From an uncultured Chloroflexia bacterium (lineage in GTDB: Bacteria > Chloroflexota > Chloroflexia > Thermomicrobiales > Thermomicrobiaceae), in the NCBI GenBank assembly GCA_963713965.1, contig OY970217.1:526761-590760 (forward strand): a stretch of DNA of 64,000 nucleotides, read 5' to 3'. Each line of letters opens with the position of its first letter. The first letter of the stretch is position 1. Of the stretch, positions 51,016-60,096 are shown piece by piece. The translations under genes were made by a program, and so were the position numbers. Under the pieces are notes generated by a model. It had not been told where the DNA came from. It saw only the letters and a list, made by a program, of their open reading frames with translations, and did no database searches.

Positions 51016-51050
51016 GGGATCGGACGGCCGCGCCGCTCGATCCCGTTTTT
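51016..51050 (+). terminator. intrinsic terminator after sdhB
   Basis: GGGATCG-15 nt-CGATCCC followed by GTTTTT. Confidence 0.6.
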
Positions 51051-51129
51051 CGTTAAGGTAATGGTGCGGACGGCGCGGCGTCGTTTGCTACAATCATCGC
51101 CATCGAGTTCGTTTGCCACGGAGGAGACT

Positions 51130-51627
51130 ATGCAGAACCCATTCAGCTGGGGTTATTTGACAGCGCCGGTCAACGAAACGCCGACGTGGGGACCGTTTTC
51201 GATCGCGTTCGTGAGCATTTTTGGCGCCGGGCTACTGGCGTCGCTGGTCTCGTACAACGATCTGTTCCGGCAATTCCGCAAGAAGCGGTTGCTTTACAAC
51301 CTGGTTCGACGCGGTGCGGGCATTCTGATGCTGATCTTCGCGTTTGGCCTCGTCTTCTTTGTCTTCCGCTTCCTCCGTGTGTCGGCATTCTATCTGTCAT
51401 TTCGGCTGTGGCTCTATCTCTGTTTCCTAGCCTTTATCGCCTACGGAACGTACCTCGCCTATCAACTTTTTGCCGTCTATCCAGCCCAGGTGAAGGCCGA
51501 AGAGGCACTGCGGCTCAAGAAGCAATATCTTGCGCCGTCCGCTTCGGCCTCGTCAATCAGCCGCAGCAAGCGCCACAAGCGTCGACACAAGCACGCCAAG
51601 CCTGGGTACAAGTCAGCACAGCGATAG
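51130..51627 (+). CDS. hypothetical 4-TM membrane protein with a basic C-terminal tail
   Basis: ATG follows GGAGGAG. Hydrophobic segments are followed by SRSKRHKRRHKHAKPGYK. Confidence 0.6.
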   Translation: MQNPFSWGYLTAPVNETPTWGPFSIAFVSIFGAGLLASLVSYNDLFRQFRKKRLLYNLVRRGAGILMLIFAFGLVFFVFRFLRVSAFYLSFRLWLYLCFLAFIAYGTYLAYQLFAVYPAQVKAEEALRLKKQYLAPSASASSISRSKRHKRRHKHAKPGYKSAQR

Positions 51628-51641
51628 AACAGATCAATCCG

Positions 51642-51682
51642 GAAAAGAAAACGGACCGCTCTAGCGAGCGGTCCGTTGGTTT
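51642..51682. terminator. bidirectional terminator shared by the membrane-protein gene (+) and the SRP RNA (-)
   Basis: Perfect 11-bp stem ACGGACCGCTC-TAGC-GAGCGGTCCGT. It is followed by UUUUCUUUUCC on the minus strand and UGGUUU on the plus strand. Confidence 0.7.
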
Positions 51683-51685
51683 ATC

Positions 51686-51960
51686 GAGAGAGCCGTGCAC
51701 CCTCTGTCGATCTCGGTCCTCCAGCTTGCACCGAGCCAGTTAGCTCCGGCCAGGCGACCTCACGGCACCCAGAGATGACCACTTACGGCTGCTTCCTTCC
51801 GGACCTGACCGGGTTCGCGGGTCCCTGTCGCGTAAGACCTAACCATCCCCGCCACTTAGCTCAGGCAGTCCCACAGGATCGTACCTCGAGAGGGGATTCA
51901 GTCCCGCTAAAGCGGATTGCGGGTGCAGGGCACCGCTAGCTCCCCACCTAGCACGGCGAC
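51686..51960 (-). ncRNA. ffs: signal recognition particle RNA, long (Bacillus/archaeal-type) form with Alu domain
   Basis: The minus strand contains GUCAGGUCCGGAAGGAAGCAGCC (domain IV). It also has the Alu-domain segment GCCGUGCUAGGUGGGGAGCUAGCGGUGCCCUGCACCCGCAAUCCGCU and the 3' part AUCGACAGAGGGUGCACGGC. These closely parallel my recollection of B. subtilis scRNA. Ends are accurate to about 10 nt. Confidence 0.9.
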
Positions 51961-51964
51961 CAAA

Positions 51965-51994
51965 ATGATACCGCACGACCGCCATTGGCTTCAA
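51965..51994 (-). promoter_or_regulatory. promoter for the SRP RNA
   Basis: The minus strand reads TTGAAG-18 nt-TATCAT, about 5 nt upstream of the GGUCGCCGUGC 5' end. It lies in the 42-bp gap between the SDR gene stop (52003) and the RNA 5' end, with the -35 box only 8 nt past the stop codon. Confidence 0.5.
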
Positions 51995-52002
51995 CGGAAC
52001 GA

Positions 52003-52797
52003 CTACGCTCCGAGCGACTCACCACCGTCGACACGGATGACGTTTCCAGTCAGCCAACCGATGCCAGGCATGCTCAAAACCCGAATCGTGCGGGCGACGT
52101 CTTCGGGCGCGGTCAGTCGACCACGGGGGTTGCGTCTTAATGCGCCTTCCAGCATCTCTTGGGCGCCTGGGATCTTGTTCTGGGCCGGGGTATCGGTCAC
52201 TCCAGCCTGAATCGCGTTGGCCGCGATTCCAGCGTGTCCGAGCTCGACGGCGATCTGGCGGATGTGCGATTCCAGCGCGGCTTTGGCGGCCGAAACCGCG
52301 CCGTAGCTTGGCCAGATACGGGTGGAACCCTCACTGGTCATGGCGAAGATGCGCGCATCGTCATCAAACATTCGCGATGATTGAATGTCTTGCGTCCAGT
52401 AGACGAGCGAATTCGCCATGACGTCGAACGTCATGTCCATCTGCTTTTGGGTGAGCGCGTGGGACGGCTCTTCGTCGAAGAATTGACGCAACGTTCCGAA
52501 CGCCAGTGAATGCATCAAAACGCGAACCTTCGCGCTCTGTTTGCTCAGCGCGGAGAGAATCTCCTGGCGCTTTTCGGGGTCCGCGGCGTTGACGTTGAAG
52601 AAGAGGGCTTTCTGGCCGGTGGCTTCAATGTCGTCAATGACACTCTGGACGAGCGGCATGGTGGCGCGTCGATCGAGATGCACGCCGCAGATGTTCATTC
52701 CATGCTTGGAAAGCTCTCTGGCGGTTGCGGCGCCAAATCCGCTCGACGCACCGAGAATCAGAGCCCACCCACTGAGCCCGGATTCGTTATCTGCCAT
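52003..52797 (-). CDS. SDR-family oxidoreductase, enoyl-ACP reductase (FabL)-like
   Basis: Start moved to the ATG at 52797 (MADNES...). Rossmann motif LGASSGFG and Y-x6-K (YGAVSAAK). Confidence 0.78.
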   Translation of the reverse strand: MADNESGLSGWALILGASSGFGAATARELSKHGMNICGVHLDRRATMPLVQSVIDDIEATGQKALFFNVNAADPEKRQEILSALSKQSAKVRVLMHSLAFGTLRQFFDEEPSHALTQKQMDMTFDVMANSLVYWTQDIQSSRMFDDDARIFAMTSEGSTRIWPSYGAVSAAKAALESHIRQIAVELGHAGIAANAIQAGVTDTPAQNKIPGAQEMLEGALRRNPRGRLTAPEDVARTIRVLSMPGIGWLTGNVIRVDGGESLGA

Positions 52798-52891
52798 CCA
52801 TGTCCCCTCTCCTCTTCCTATTGTCGCGTCACGGCCGGGCATCTTTCGGTGCCGCAACCGGCCCGATTATTGTTGCTTGGGCTCGTAGAGG

Positions 52892-54889
52892 TCAAGCAAG
52901 AGCCTTGTCCTCGCGCTTCGTTTCGCCTCTCCCGGCACTCGGCTCGAAGACGACACGCACCAGTGTGCCACCTCCGTCAGATGTCTGAAGTGTGAGCTTT
53001 CCGCGTAGGTCTGTCTCTACCAACGTCCTGGCGATGTTGAGACCGAGCCTTCGGTTGGCTTCCAATGAAAACCCTTCAGGCAAACCCGGACCGTCATCGA
53101 CGATTTCGATCACGGCCTTCGGTCCCTCAAAGTCCGCATGGATCGAGACGTATCCTTCGCTCCGCTGAGCAAATCCGTGGCTGATGGCGTTCATCACGAA
53201 CTCGTTGACCAGCAGCGCCAGCACCGTCGCTTCTCGCGAATTGACGTGGACCGGGGATGGCTCGATATCGAAGGTGACGCGCAGGTCAGGTCCGACCAGA
53301 TTGCTGGTGGCGTCGTCCGCGACGTGCTTGGCAATCGTGTCGACCGTCGTCTCGCGTAGATCGCCACCACTGAGGATGTCATGGATCGCAGCGATGCTTT
53401 GAATGCGCGTCACTGCCTCTCTCAGCGGTGTTGACGTACCCGCGTCCTCGGCGTGTCGCGCCTGCATCGAGAGGAGCGCCGCCACGGTCTGCAGATTGTT
53501 CCGCACACGGTGATGCATCTCCTGCAACAAGACCGAGGCACGGGTGTACCCTCTCCGAGCTTCCTCGTACAGATCCGCGTTCTCGATGGCGATCGCGGCA
53601 GAGTCGCAGAAGGCGTCGAGGAGCGTGCTCGCCTCCGAGTCATCGGGAGGTCTGGTGGTGTGGAAGACGCAGATGGCTCCGACGACCCGCCGACCGGTCA
53701 GCATCGGAAGTCCGTGAACGTAGAGCGGAAATCCTACGGAGTCGACGGTCCGCCACATGGTCGCGTTGGTACCCATAACGTCATCGATCAAGCGGCCAAC
53801 GTCATCCGAAACGGCGTCGAGTGGACACGTCTCGTTGACCGAGTGTCTCGAAAGCAATTCCATCCGTCCTGACTGACCACGCCGCTGCCGGTAGATCTCC
53901 ACGGCCACGGCGTTCGAGAGCTCCATCGTCTGCTCGCTGATCAGCTGCAGCAACTCTGAGAGCTCGAGCGTCGATGCGACCATGCGCGACATCTGCTGCA
54001 GCGTCGAAAGCTGCGAGATACGTCGCTGTAGCTCAGCGTCAGTCTGGCTGTAGAGACGAGCATTCTCAATGGCGATGGCCATTTCACCGGCAGCCGTCTC
54101 AAGAAAGGCTAACTCATCGGCGTCAAACTCGCGCCGGTCTAGACTCAAAATATTGAGCACACCAACGAGTCGATCGGGCGAACGGAGTGCCAGTGGTACG
54201 GAGACTTGCGAGCTGTAACGCTGATCACCGATCACCGGGTAGTCGACGTAGTTGGGATGAACCGTAGCGTCCGGAATGGCGAGGATTTGACGGCGCGTCG
54301 CTGCCTGTCCGGTGATGCCGCTGCCGAGTGGGAGGAATACGCGCCCAGTCGCCTGCGGGTTAAGTCCCACCGAAGCACTCAGGACCAGGATTGAGTTGGC
54401 TTCATCCAGCAAGAAGATCGAGCAAGAGTCACAGCTCATGGTTTCGCGCACTACCGCGACCACGGTCTTGAGCATGGCGCCCAGATCAAGACTAGCTGTT
54501 GCTGCCTGATTGATACGTCGCAAAGCGGCCAGTCGCGTGACGCTGTTGGCAAAGGGCCGTTCACGTGCGGCGCCCGATTGATCGTCACCGGAACGAAGCT
54601 CGTCTTCGAAAGCCTGAATTACTGTGAGTAGAACCGGAGCGGGCAAGGTTTGGCCGCCGAGTTTGGCACTCAGCAGTCGCTCGACCACTCCGGCAACAGC
54701 CGTCTCGGTGCGCGCACAACGCCGACCAAGACGCCGCGCCAATATGTCGACCGATTCGCCGTGATGTTCGATCTCGCCGAAATCGGTCCGCATCCGCTCC
54801 ATCAAATCGCGCAGCGTTTCTTCGACCGAACCGGATGCCAGGGGCTCTTCTGTAGGGTTGTTGGACGCGTCCATTCGCACCTTCGTCAC
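52892..54889 (-). CDS. cytoplasmic sensor histidine kinase, GAF-GAF-HisKA_2-HATPase
   Basis: Two GAF-like regions, an H-box HHRVRNNLQTVAALLSMQ and an ATPase region DDGPGLPEGF...GLNIARTLVE. No TM segment, and no adjacent response regulator. Confidence 0.82.
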   Translation of the reverse strand: MTKVRMDASNNPTEEPLASGSVEETLRDLMERMRTDFGEIEHHGESVDILARRLGRRCARTETAVAGVVERLLSAKLGGQTLPAPVLLTVIQAFEDELRSGDDQSGAARERPFANSVTRLAALRRINQAATASLDLGAMLKTVVAVVRETMSCDSCSIFLLDEANSILVLSASVGLNPQATGRVFLPLGSGITGQAATRRQILAIPDATVHPNYVDYPVIGDQRYSSQVSVPLALRSPDRLVGVLNILSLDRREFDADELAFLETAAGEMAIAIENARLYSQTDAELQRRISQLSTLQQMSRMVASTLELSELLQLISEQTMELSNAVAVEIYRQRRGQSGRMELLSRHSVNETCPLDAVSDDVGRLIDDVMGTNATMWRTVDSVGFPLYVHGLPMLTGRRVVGAICVFHTTRPPDDSEASTLLDAFCDSAAIAIENADLYEEARRGYTRASVLLQEMHHRVRNNLQTVAALLSMQARHAEDAGTSTPLREAVTRIQSIAAIHDILSGGDLRETTVDTIAKHVADDATSNLVGPDLRVTFDIEPSPVHVNSREATVLALLVNEFVMNAISHGFAQRSEGYVSIHADFEGPKAVIEIVDDGPGLPEGFSLEANRRLGLNIARTLVETDLRGKLTLQTSDGGGTLVRVVFEPSAGRGETKREDKALA

Positions 54890-54939
54890 ATGGTAAGATC
54901 AGCGCGTCAATGCGCAATTCGCCCAGCACCGGAGCACCC

Positions 54940-56544
54940 ATGGAACCCACTCGCCAGACCCTCGGTGTCGTCACCGAAGGGACATTCAATGCCGGATTGA
55001 CCGTTCGACTCTCGGCCGGATGTACGACCGAATCGCTGAGAGTCGGCTCCTTCGTCGTGCTCGAAGGGGAGCGCAATCGCTATTTTAGCCTGATAACGGA
55101 TATGAGGCTGCGAGTCACCGACGCGGGCTTGGCAGCCACACCTCCATTCGACTCCTCGTCATTCGTCCGGAAGGCACTGGCAAATAGCCACACCTATGCG
55201 ACGGTCGAGGTGCGCCCCAGCCTCATGCTGGAGGATGCCCACGACGCCGAAGGTGCTGGACCCGGCCCTGTGCGCAACATCCCGATGCACTTCGCGATGC
55301 TGCGAGAGGCGACCGAAGTCGATTTCGATCTGGTCTTCGGGCAGGAATCGGACACGCGCTTCGCCCTTGGCACGCCGCCAACGATGGACATCAAGATCCC
55401 GATTGACCTCAAAGAGCTGGTGACACGGAGCAACGGCGTCTTCGGTCAGAGTGGCACTGGCAAAAGCGTGCTGACGCGACTGCTCCTCTTCGGCATCATC
55501 AAGAGTGACGTCGCGTCTGTATTGGTCTTCGACATGCATGGCGAGTACGCCCGGCAGCTTCCAGGCGAGCCCAAGATCCAGGGAATGGTCGACCTCTTCG
55601 GTGGCTCGCGAGTGATCGTCTACACGTTGGAGAGCGGTCAAGGGCACCGTGATCTCGCCTTCGGTCTGAACCAGATCGAACCGGAAGACATCGAGCTGCT
55701 GGCCGGTGAGCTCAATTTGACCGGAACCTACGGCGCCACGACGCACCAGCTCTGGGAGCGGTTCCGTGAGCGCTGGTTGCAGCGGCTGCTGGCCATGTCG
55801 TCCGAAGAGCTTGAAGACTTCTGTGCCGAGACCGGGACGCATCAGGGCGCGCTCGGAGCGCTGAAGCAGAAGCTCGCGGTACTGACGCGGCGGAAGTACA
55901 TCCTTGAGCACGCGGAGACCTCGGCCATCGACGACCTCCTCGCGAACCTGCAACGGGGCAAGCACGTGATTCTGCAATTCGGCAGCTATCAGTCATTCCT
56001 GGACTACATGTTGGTGGCCAACATCGTGACGCGACGCATCCACCAACGATACACGGATCAAGTGAACGCTCAGTCAAATCAGTCGGCGGTCACGCGTGAG
56101 GAACCGAGACATCTGGTGGTTGTGCTGGAGGAGGCGCACAAATTCCTCACTCCGGAGGCGTCGCGCCAATCGATCTTCGGAACCATCGCGCGGGAGATGC
56201 GCAAATACTCAGTTACACTGCTGATCGTCGATCAACGTCCCTCGGGCATCGATCCAGAGGTGATGTCCCAGATCGGCACGCGCATCACCGGACTGCTCAC
56301 CGACCAACGAGACATCGACGCGGTGTTGACCGGCGTTTCCGATCGGAATCAGATGCGCGGCATGCTTGCAAGCCTGCGTCCGAAGCAGGAGTGTCTGATC
56401 CTCGGGCATGCCATCCCCATGCCGATCATGCTGCGTACCCGAGAGTACGACCCAATCGAGCTCAAACGCGAGATCAAACCAGCGGGCACCGAAGCGCTGG
56501 GTGCCTCCTGGTTGCGAGGTCAGCTCAACGGGGATGAGGACTGA
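54940..56544 (+). CDS. HerA-like (DUF87) P-loop ATPase
   Basis: ATG lies 5 nt after GGAG. Walker A GQSGTGKS, Walker B HLVVVLEEAH, and LLIVDQRPSGIDPEVMSQ. Confidence 0.8.
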   Translation: MEPTRQTLGVVTEGTFNAGLTVRLSAGCTTESLRVGSFVVLEGERNRYFSLITDMRLRVTDAGLAATPPFDSSSFVRKALANSHTYATVEVRPSLMLEDAHDAEGAGPGPVRNIPMHFAMLREATEVDFDLVFGQESDTRFALGTPPTMDIKIPIDLKELVTRSNGVFGQSGTGKSVLTRLLLFGIIKSDVASVLVFDMHGEYARQLPGEPKIQGMVDLFGGSRVIVYTLESGQGHRDLAFGLNQIEPEDIELLAGELNLTGTYGATTHQLWERFRERWLQRLLAMSSEELEDFCAETGTHQGALGALKQKLAVLTRRKYILEHAETSAIDDLLANLQRGKHVILQFGSYQSFLDYMLVANIVTRRIHQRYTDQVNAQSNQSAVTREEPRHLVVVLEEAHKFLTPEASRQSIFGTIAREMRKYSVTLLIVDQRPSGIDPEVMSQIGTRITGLLTDQRDIDAVLTGVSDRNQMRGMLASLRPKQECLILGHAIPMPIMLRTREYDPIELKREIKPAGTEALGASWLRGQLNGDED

Positions 56545-56552
56545 CTCAACGG

Positions 56553-57800
56553 ATGAAGTTCCTCCATTTTGCCGACCTCCATCTCGGTATCGACAACTAC
56601 GGCACGTTGAATCCACGAACCGGTCTTTCGACCCGCATTGACGACTTTTTGCGCTCGTTCGACGCGATCATCGATGCGGCCATCGAGCGCAACGTGGATG
56701 CCGTTCTCTTCGCCGGAGACGCCTTCAAGAACCGCGACCCAAGTCCAACGCTTCAACGCATGTTCGCGGCTCGCATACGCAGACTGGCCGAAGCGGAGAT
56801 CCCGACTGTGCTGCTGAGCGGCAACCATGATCTCCCCAGTATCGCCGCGCGAGCAACGGCCATCGATATTTACGAGACGCTTGCCATCCCGCATATTCAC
56901 CCGGCTCGCTCCATCGACGTCATCACCCTGTCCACCAAGAACGGGCCGCTGCAAGTCGTCACACTCCCCTGGATTCCACGCAACACACTGGCGGCGAATG
57001 AGGAACTACGTGGCCTCACCACCGACGAGCAGATGCGCAGAATCGGGGAGATCGTCGCGGACACGATGCGAGAGATGACCTCGGATCTCGACCGATCCCT
57101 CCCGGCTGTCTTGCTGGGACACCTTTCAATCGAGGGCGCGCGACTTGGTTCCGAACAATCCATTATGCTTGGGCGCGAGCTCGTCCTCTCACCTGAGGAG
57201 CTTTCTGTCGACGCCTTCAGCTACGTTGCGCTCGGTCACATCCACCGCCATCAATCCGTTGGTACTCACCCACCCATTGTCTACGCAGGGAGCCCGGAAC
57301 GAGTCGACTTCGGTGAAGAGCGGGAGACCAAGGGCTACATCCTGGTGGACATCGATCAGACGGAATCCGGCGATTGGCATGCTACCTGGACGTTCCAGCC
57401 GCTCCCGACACGCCCGTTTCTAACGCTTCAGATCGAGCCGCGCACGGAAGATCCGATGAAGGAGATTGAGCACTTCGTCGAGCGTCGCGAGGTAGACATT
57501 CAAGGGTCGATCGTGCGCATGAGTGTGAAGATTACTCCCGAGCGGGAGGATCAGGTGCGCGTCGATGAGATTCGCCGCTGGCTGCAGCAAGCGGGCGCGG
57601 CCTGGGTGGCGAGAGTAAGCCGCGACGTCGAATCGCTCGTCCGGCCGCGCGTCGACATCCGCGAGGATGAGGCGCTCAATCCCGAAACCATGCTTGACCG
57701 CTGGCTGAGCATGCGTGATCTCCCGGATTCAACGCGGCAACGGGTGCGAGAGGCTGGACTCGACCTCATCCGTAACGAGCGTGAAACGTCGACTCAGTAG
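56553..57800 (+). CDS. Mre11/SbcD-like metallophosphoesterase nuclease
   Basis: MKFLHFADLHLG, AGDAF, SGNHD and LGHIHRHQ motifs. It starts 8 nt after the ATPase gene. Confidence 0.85.
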   Translation: MKFLHFADLHLGIDNYGTLNPRTGLSTRIDDFLRSFDAIIDAAIERNVDAVLFAGDAFKNRDPSPTLQRMFAARIRRLAEAEIPTVLLSGNHDLPSIAARATAIDIYETLAIPHIHPARSIDVITLSTKNGPLQVVTLPWIPRNTLAANEELRGLTTDEQMRRIGEIVADTMREMTSDLDRSLPAVLLGHLSIEGARLGSEQSIMLGRELVLSPEELSVDAFSYVALGHIHRHQSVGTHPPIVYAGSPERVDFGEERETKGYILVDIDQTESGDWHATWTFQPLPTRPFLTLQIEPRTEDPMKEIEHFVERREVDIQGSIVRMSVKITPEREDQVRVDEIRRWLQQAGAAWVARVSRDVESLVRPRVDIREDEALNPETMLDRWLSMRDLPDSTRQRVREAGLDLIRNERETSTQ

Positions 57801-57826
57801 CTGCCAGTCAATTCCCATTTGCAACG

Positions 57827-57858
57827 AAAAACGGGCCCGGTGACCAAGCACCGGGCCC
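57827..57858 (-). terminator. bidirectional terminator between the nuclease gene and the S9 peptidase gene
   Basis: Perfect 10-bp stem GGGCCCGGTG-6 nt-CACCGGGCCC, followed by GUUUUUCG on the minus strand. Confidence 0.7.
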
Positions 57859-57869
57859 ATTGTCATGTC

Positions 57870-59888
57870 CTACAGGTGGCTGTCGAACCAACCGAGAATT
57901 GCTTGCAGTCGTTCTATGCGATGAGCGGGTTTGCCCATGCGGGACAAGCCATGGCTCTCGTTCGGGAAGCGCACAAGCTCAGTTTCGACGCCGAGCATCT
58001 TCAACGCCACGAACATCTGCTCGGATTGTTCGATCGGGCAGCGGTAGTCCTGCTCCGAGTGGACGAAGAGGAGCGGCGTTTTCACCTTGTCAACGTAAGT
58101 GATGGGTGACATGCGCAGGAACTGCTCGGTGATGGCCCAAGGAGTTCCGCCAGTCTCATAGTCTCCAAACGTCGATCCGATGTCGCTCGTCCCATAGAAG
58201 CTGTAGAGGTTCGTCACTGGTCGCTGGGTGACGGCCGCTTTGAATCGATCAGTGTGCCCCACGATCCAGGCAGTCATGAAGCCACCATACGACCCGCCGG
58301 TCACGCCGAGTCGATCTGGATCGACGAAACCGAGACCGATGGCGTGATCGACCAACCCCATGACGTCGGGCGTATCGACGAATCCCCACTCGCCCTTCGT
58401 GCAGGACGAGAAGTCGCTGCCATATCCCTGGCTACCGCGCGGGTTGCCGAAGACGACGGCGCATCCCTGTGCTGCCAGGACCTGGAACTCGTGGAAATAG
58501 GCGTTCGCGTACATGGCGTGCGGACCGCCGTGGATCTCGAGCACGAGCGGGTATTTCTTGCCCTGCTCGAAACCGATCGGCTTCATGATCCAGCCATGGA
58601 TCTTCACGTTGCCGTCGGACTGGCTCGGCGCCTCGAACTCCTCCGGCACGCTCACTTCGACGCCCGCGAAGAACTCGTCGTTCACGTGCGTGAGCTGTTT
58701 CTCGTTGGAACCGTCGCCCGCACATGAAAAGACGTCACACGGACTGGTCGACGTTCCAGCCGAGAAGCCGATCGTCTTTCCGTCATCACTGACGCTGAAG
58801 CTCATGACGCGGCGAATGCCGCCGATCACCTTCTTGACGTCCGCGCCCTGAAGCGACACGCGCATCACATGCGCGTTGCCGTGGTCGGAAATCTGAAAGA
58901 AGATCGACGAGCTGTCCGCGGACCAAACAACCGGCACGTCAGCGCCACTGGCGGTATCGACCGCGGAAGTGTCGCCCACCATGCGATCCAGACCGTCAGT
59001 CAGATTGCGCAGCCCCTTCCCAGAAGGTTCCACGATCCACAGCTCAGCGCCGATGGCGTGACCCTTGACCGACTCGTTGTGCCCTTCGACGGCGATGTAC
59101 TTGCCGTCGGGTGACCAGACCGGACCGCTGAACATGGCGTCCGGACCCGTCAGAACCGGAGATGGATCGCCACCAGACGCCGCGACGGTCCAGATCTCGC
59201 TGGCCTTCTTGAGGTGCTTCTGATCCGTCCGGTTGGACGCGAAGACGATGCGGGATCCGTCCGGCGACCAGCATGGTTGGGAATCGTCGAAATCGCCCGA
59301 GGTGATCTGAGTTGGCTCTCCGCCAGCAGCGGGAACGGTCCAGATATGCGTCGGCTTGTTGTCGATGAATCCTGGAGTCCCGTCCGAGCGAAAGCGAAGC
59401 TCGGAGATGCGGACGACGTCGCTCTTTTTCTCGTCCGCCTTCTCGTCCTTCTCCTTGGCTTTCTCTTCTTTCATCTTCTCGGCGTCAGATTTGGAGACGA
59501 AGACGAGCGCGCTGCCATCGCCCGACCAGGCAAACGCAGTGACCGGTTCGGGTAGGTCAGTCAGCTTTGTCGCCTCTCCACCACCTACCGGTATGGTCCA
59601 GATCTGATTCGATCCCGAACGACTCGAGAGGAAGGCGATGCTCCAGCCGTCGGGCGACCAGCGTGGAGAACTGTCCTTCGCTTCTGACGCGGTGAACCTG
59701 CGGATTTCCCCTACCCCGCTCGGTACGAGGTAGAGCGAGGACTTGTACTCGTCCTTTTCTTTGTCCAGGACGGTCTGGACATAGACGATCCTGCTGCCAT
59801 CGGGCGAGATTCTCGCGTCATTTATCAGCTTGATGTTGAAGATGTCTTCCGGCGTCAGTTTTCGTCGCTCGGAACCAGTTGCAGACAC
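57870..59888 (-). CDS. S9-family serine peptidase (acylaminoacyl/prolyl oligopeptidase-like) with N-terminal beta-propeller
   Basis: Repeated WSPDG blades, the nucleophile elbow GGSYGG, and a GTG start after AAGGAGAGGAG. Confidence 0.88.
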   Translation of the reverse strand: MSATGSERRKLTPEDIFNIKLINDARISPDGSRIVYVQTVLDKEKDEYKSSLYLVPSGVGEIRRFTASEAKDSSPRWSPDGWSIAFLSSRSGSNQIWTIPVGGGEATKLTDLPEPVTAFAWSGDGSALVFVSKSDAEKMKEEKAKEKDEKADEKKSDVVRISELRFRSDGTPGFIDNKPTHIWTVPAAGGEPTQITSGDFDDSQPCWSPDGSRIVFASNRTDQKHLKKASEIWTVAASGGDPSPVLTGPDAMFSGPVWSPDGKYIAVEGHNESVKGHAIGAELWIVEPSGKGLRNLTDGLDRMVGDTSAVDTASGADVPVVWSADSSSIFFQISDHGNAHVMRVSLQGADVKKVIGGIRRVMSFSVSDDGKTIGFSAGTSTSPCDVFSCAGDGSNEKQLTHVNDEFFAGVEVSVPEEFEAPSQSDGNVKIHGWIMKPIGFEQGKKYPLVLEIHGGPHAMYANAYFHEFQVLAAQGCAVVFGNPRGSQGYGSDFSSCTKGEWGFVDTPDVMGLVDHAIGLGFVDPDRLGVTGGSYGGFMTAWIVGHTDRFKAAVTQRPVTNLYSFYGTSDIGSTFGDYETGGTPWAITEQFLRMSPITYVDKVKTPLLFVHSEQDYRCPIEQSEQMFVALKMLGVETELVRFPNESHGLSRMGKPAHRIERLQAILGWFDSHL

Positions 59889-60096
59889 CGACGGTGCTCC
59901 TCTCCTTGGTCTGACAATGCGGCATATCTCCGCTCGTCAGCTCCTGCCTTTATCGACTCGGGGCACGAAGTGCGGACCAATGAAAACGCCGACCCTCAGT
60001 GCATGCTAGCACAGGAAGGGCCGGCGAAAGCCCGCATTGATGTCACTTTGGAACCAGGTCGCACCCGGCCATTCGGCGAGAGCCGAGCGATTTAGA

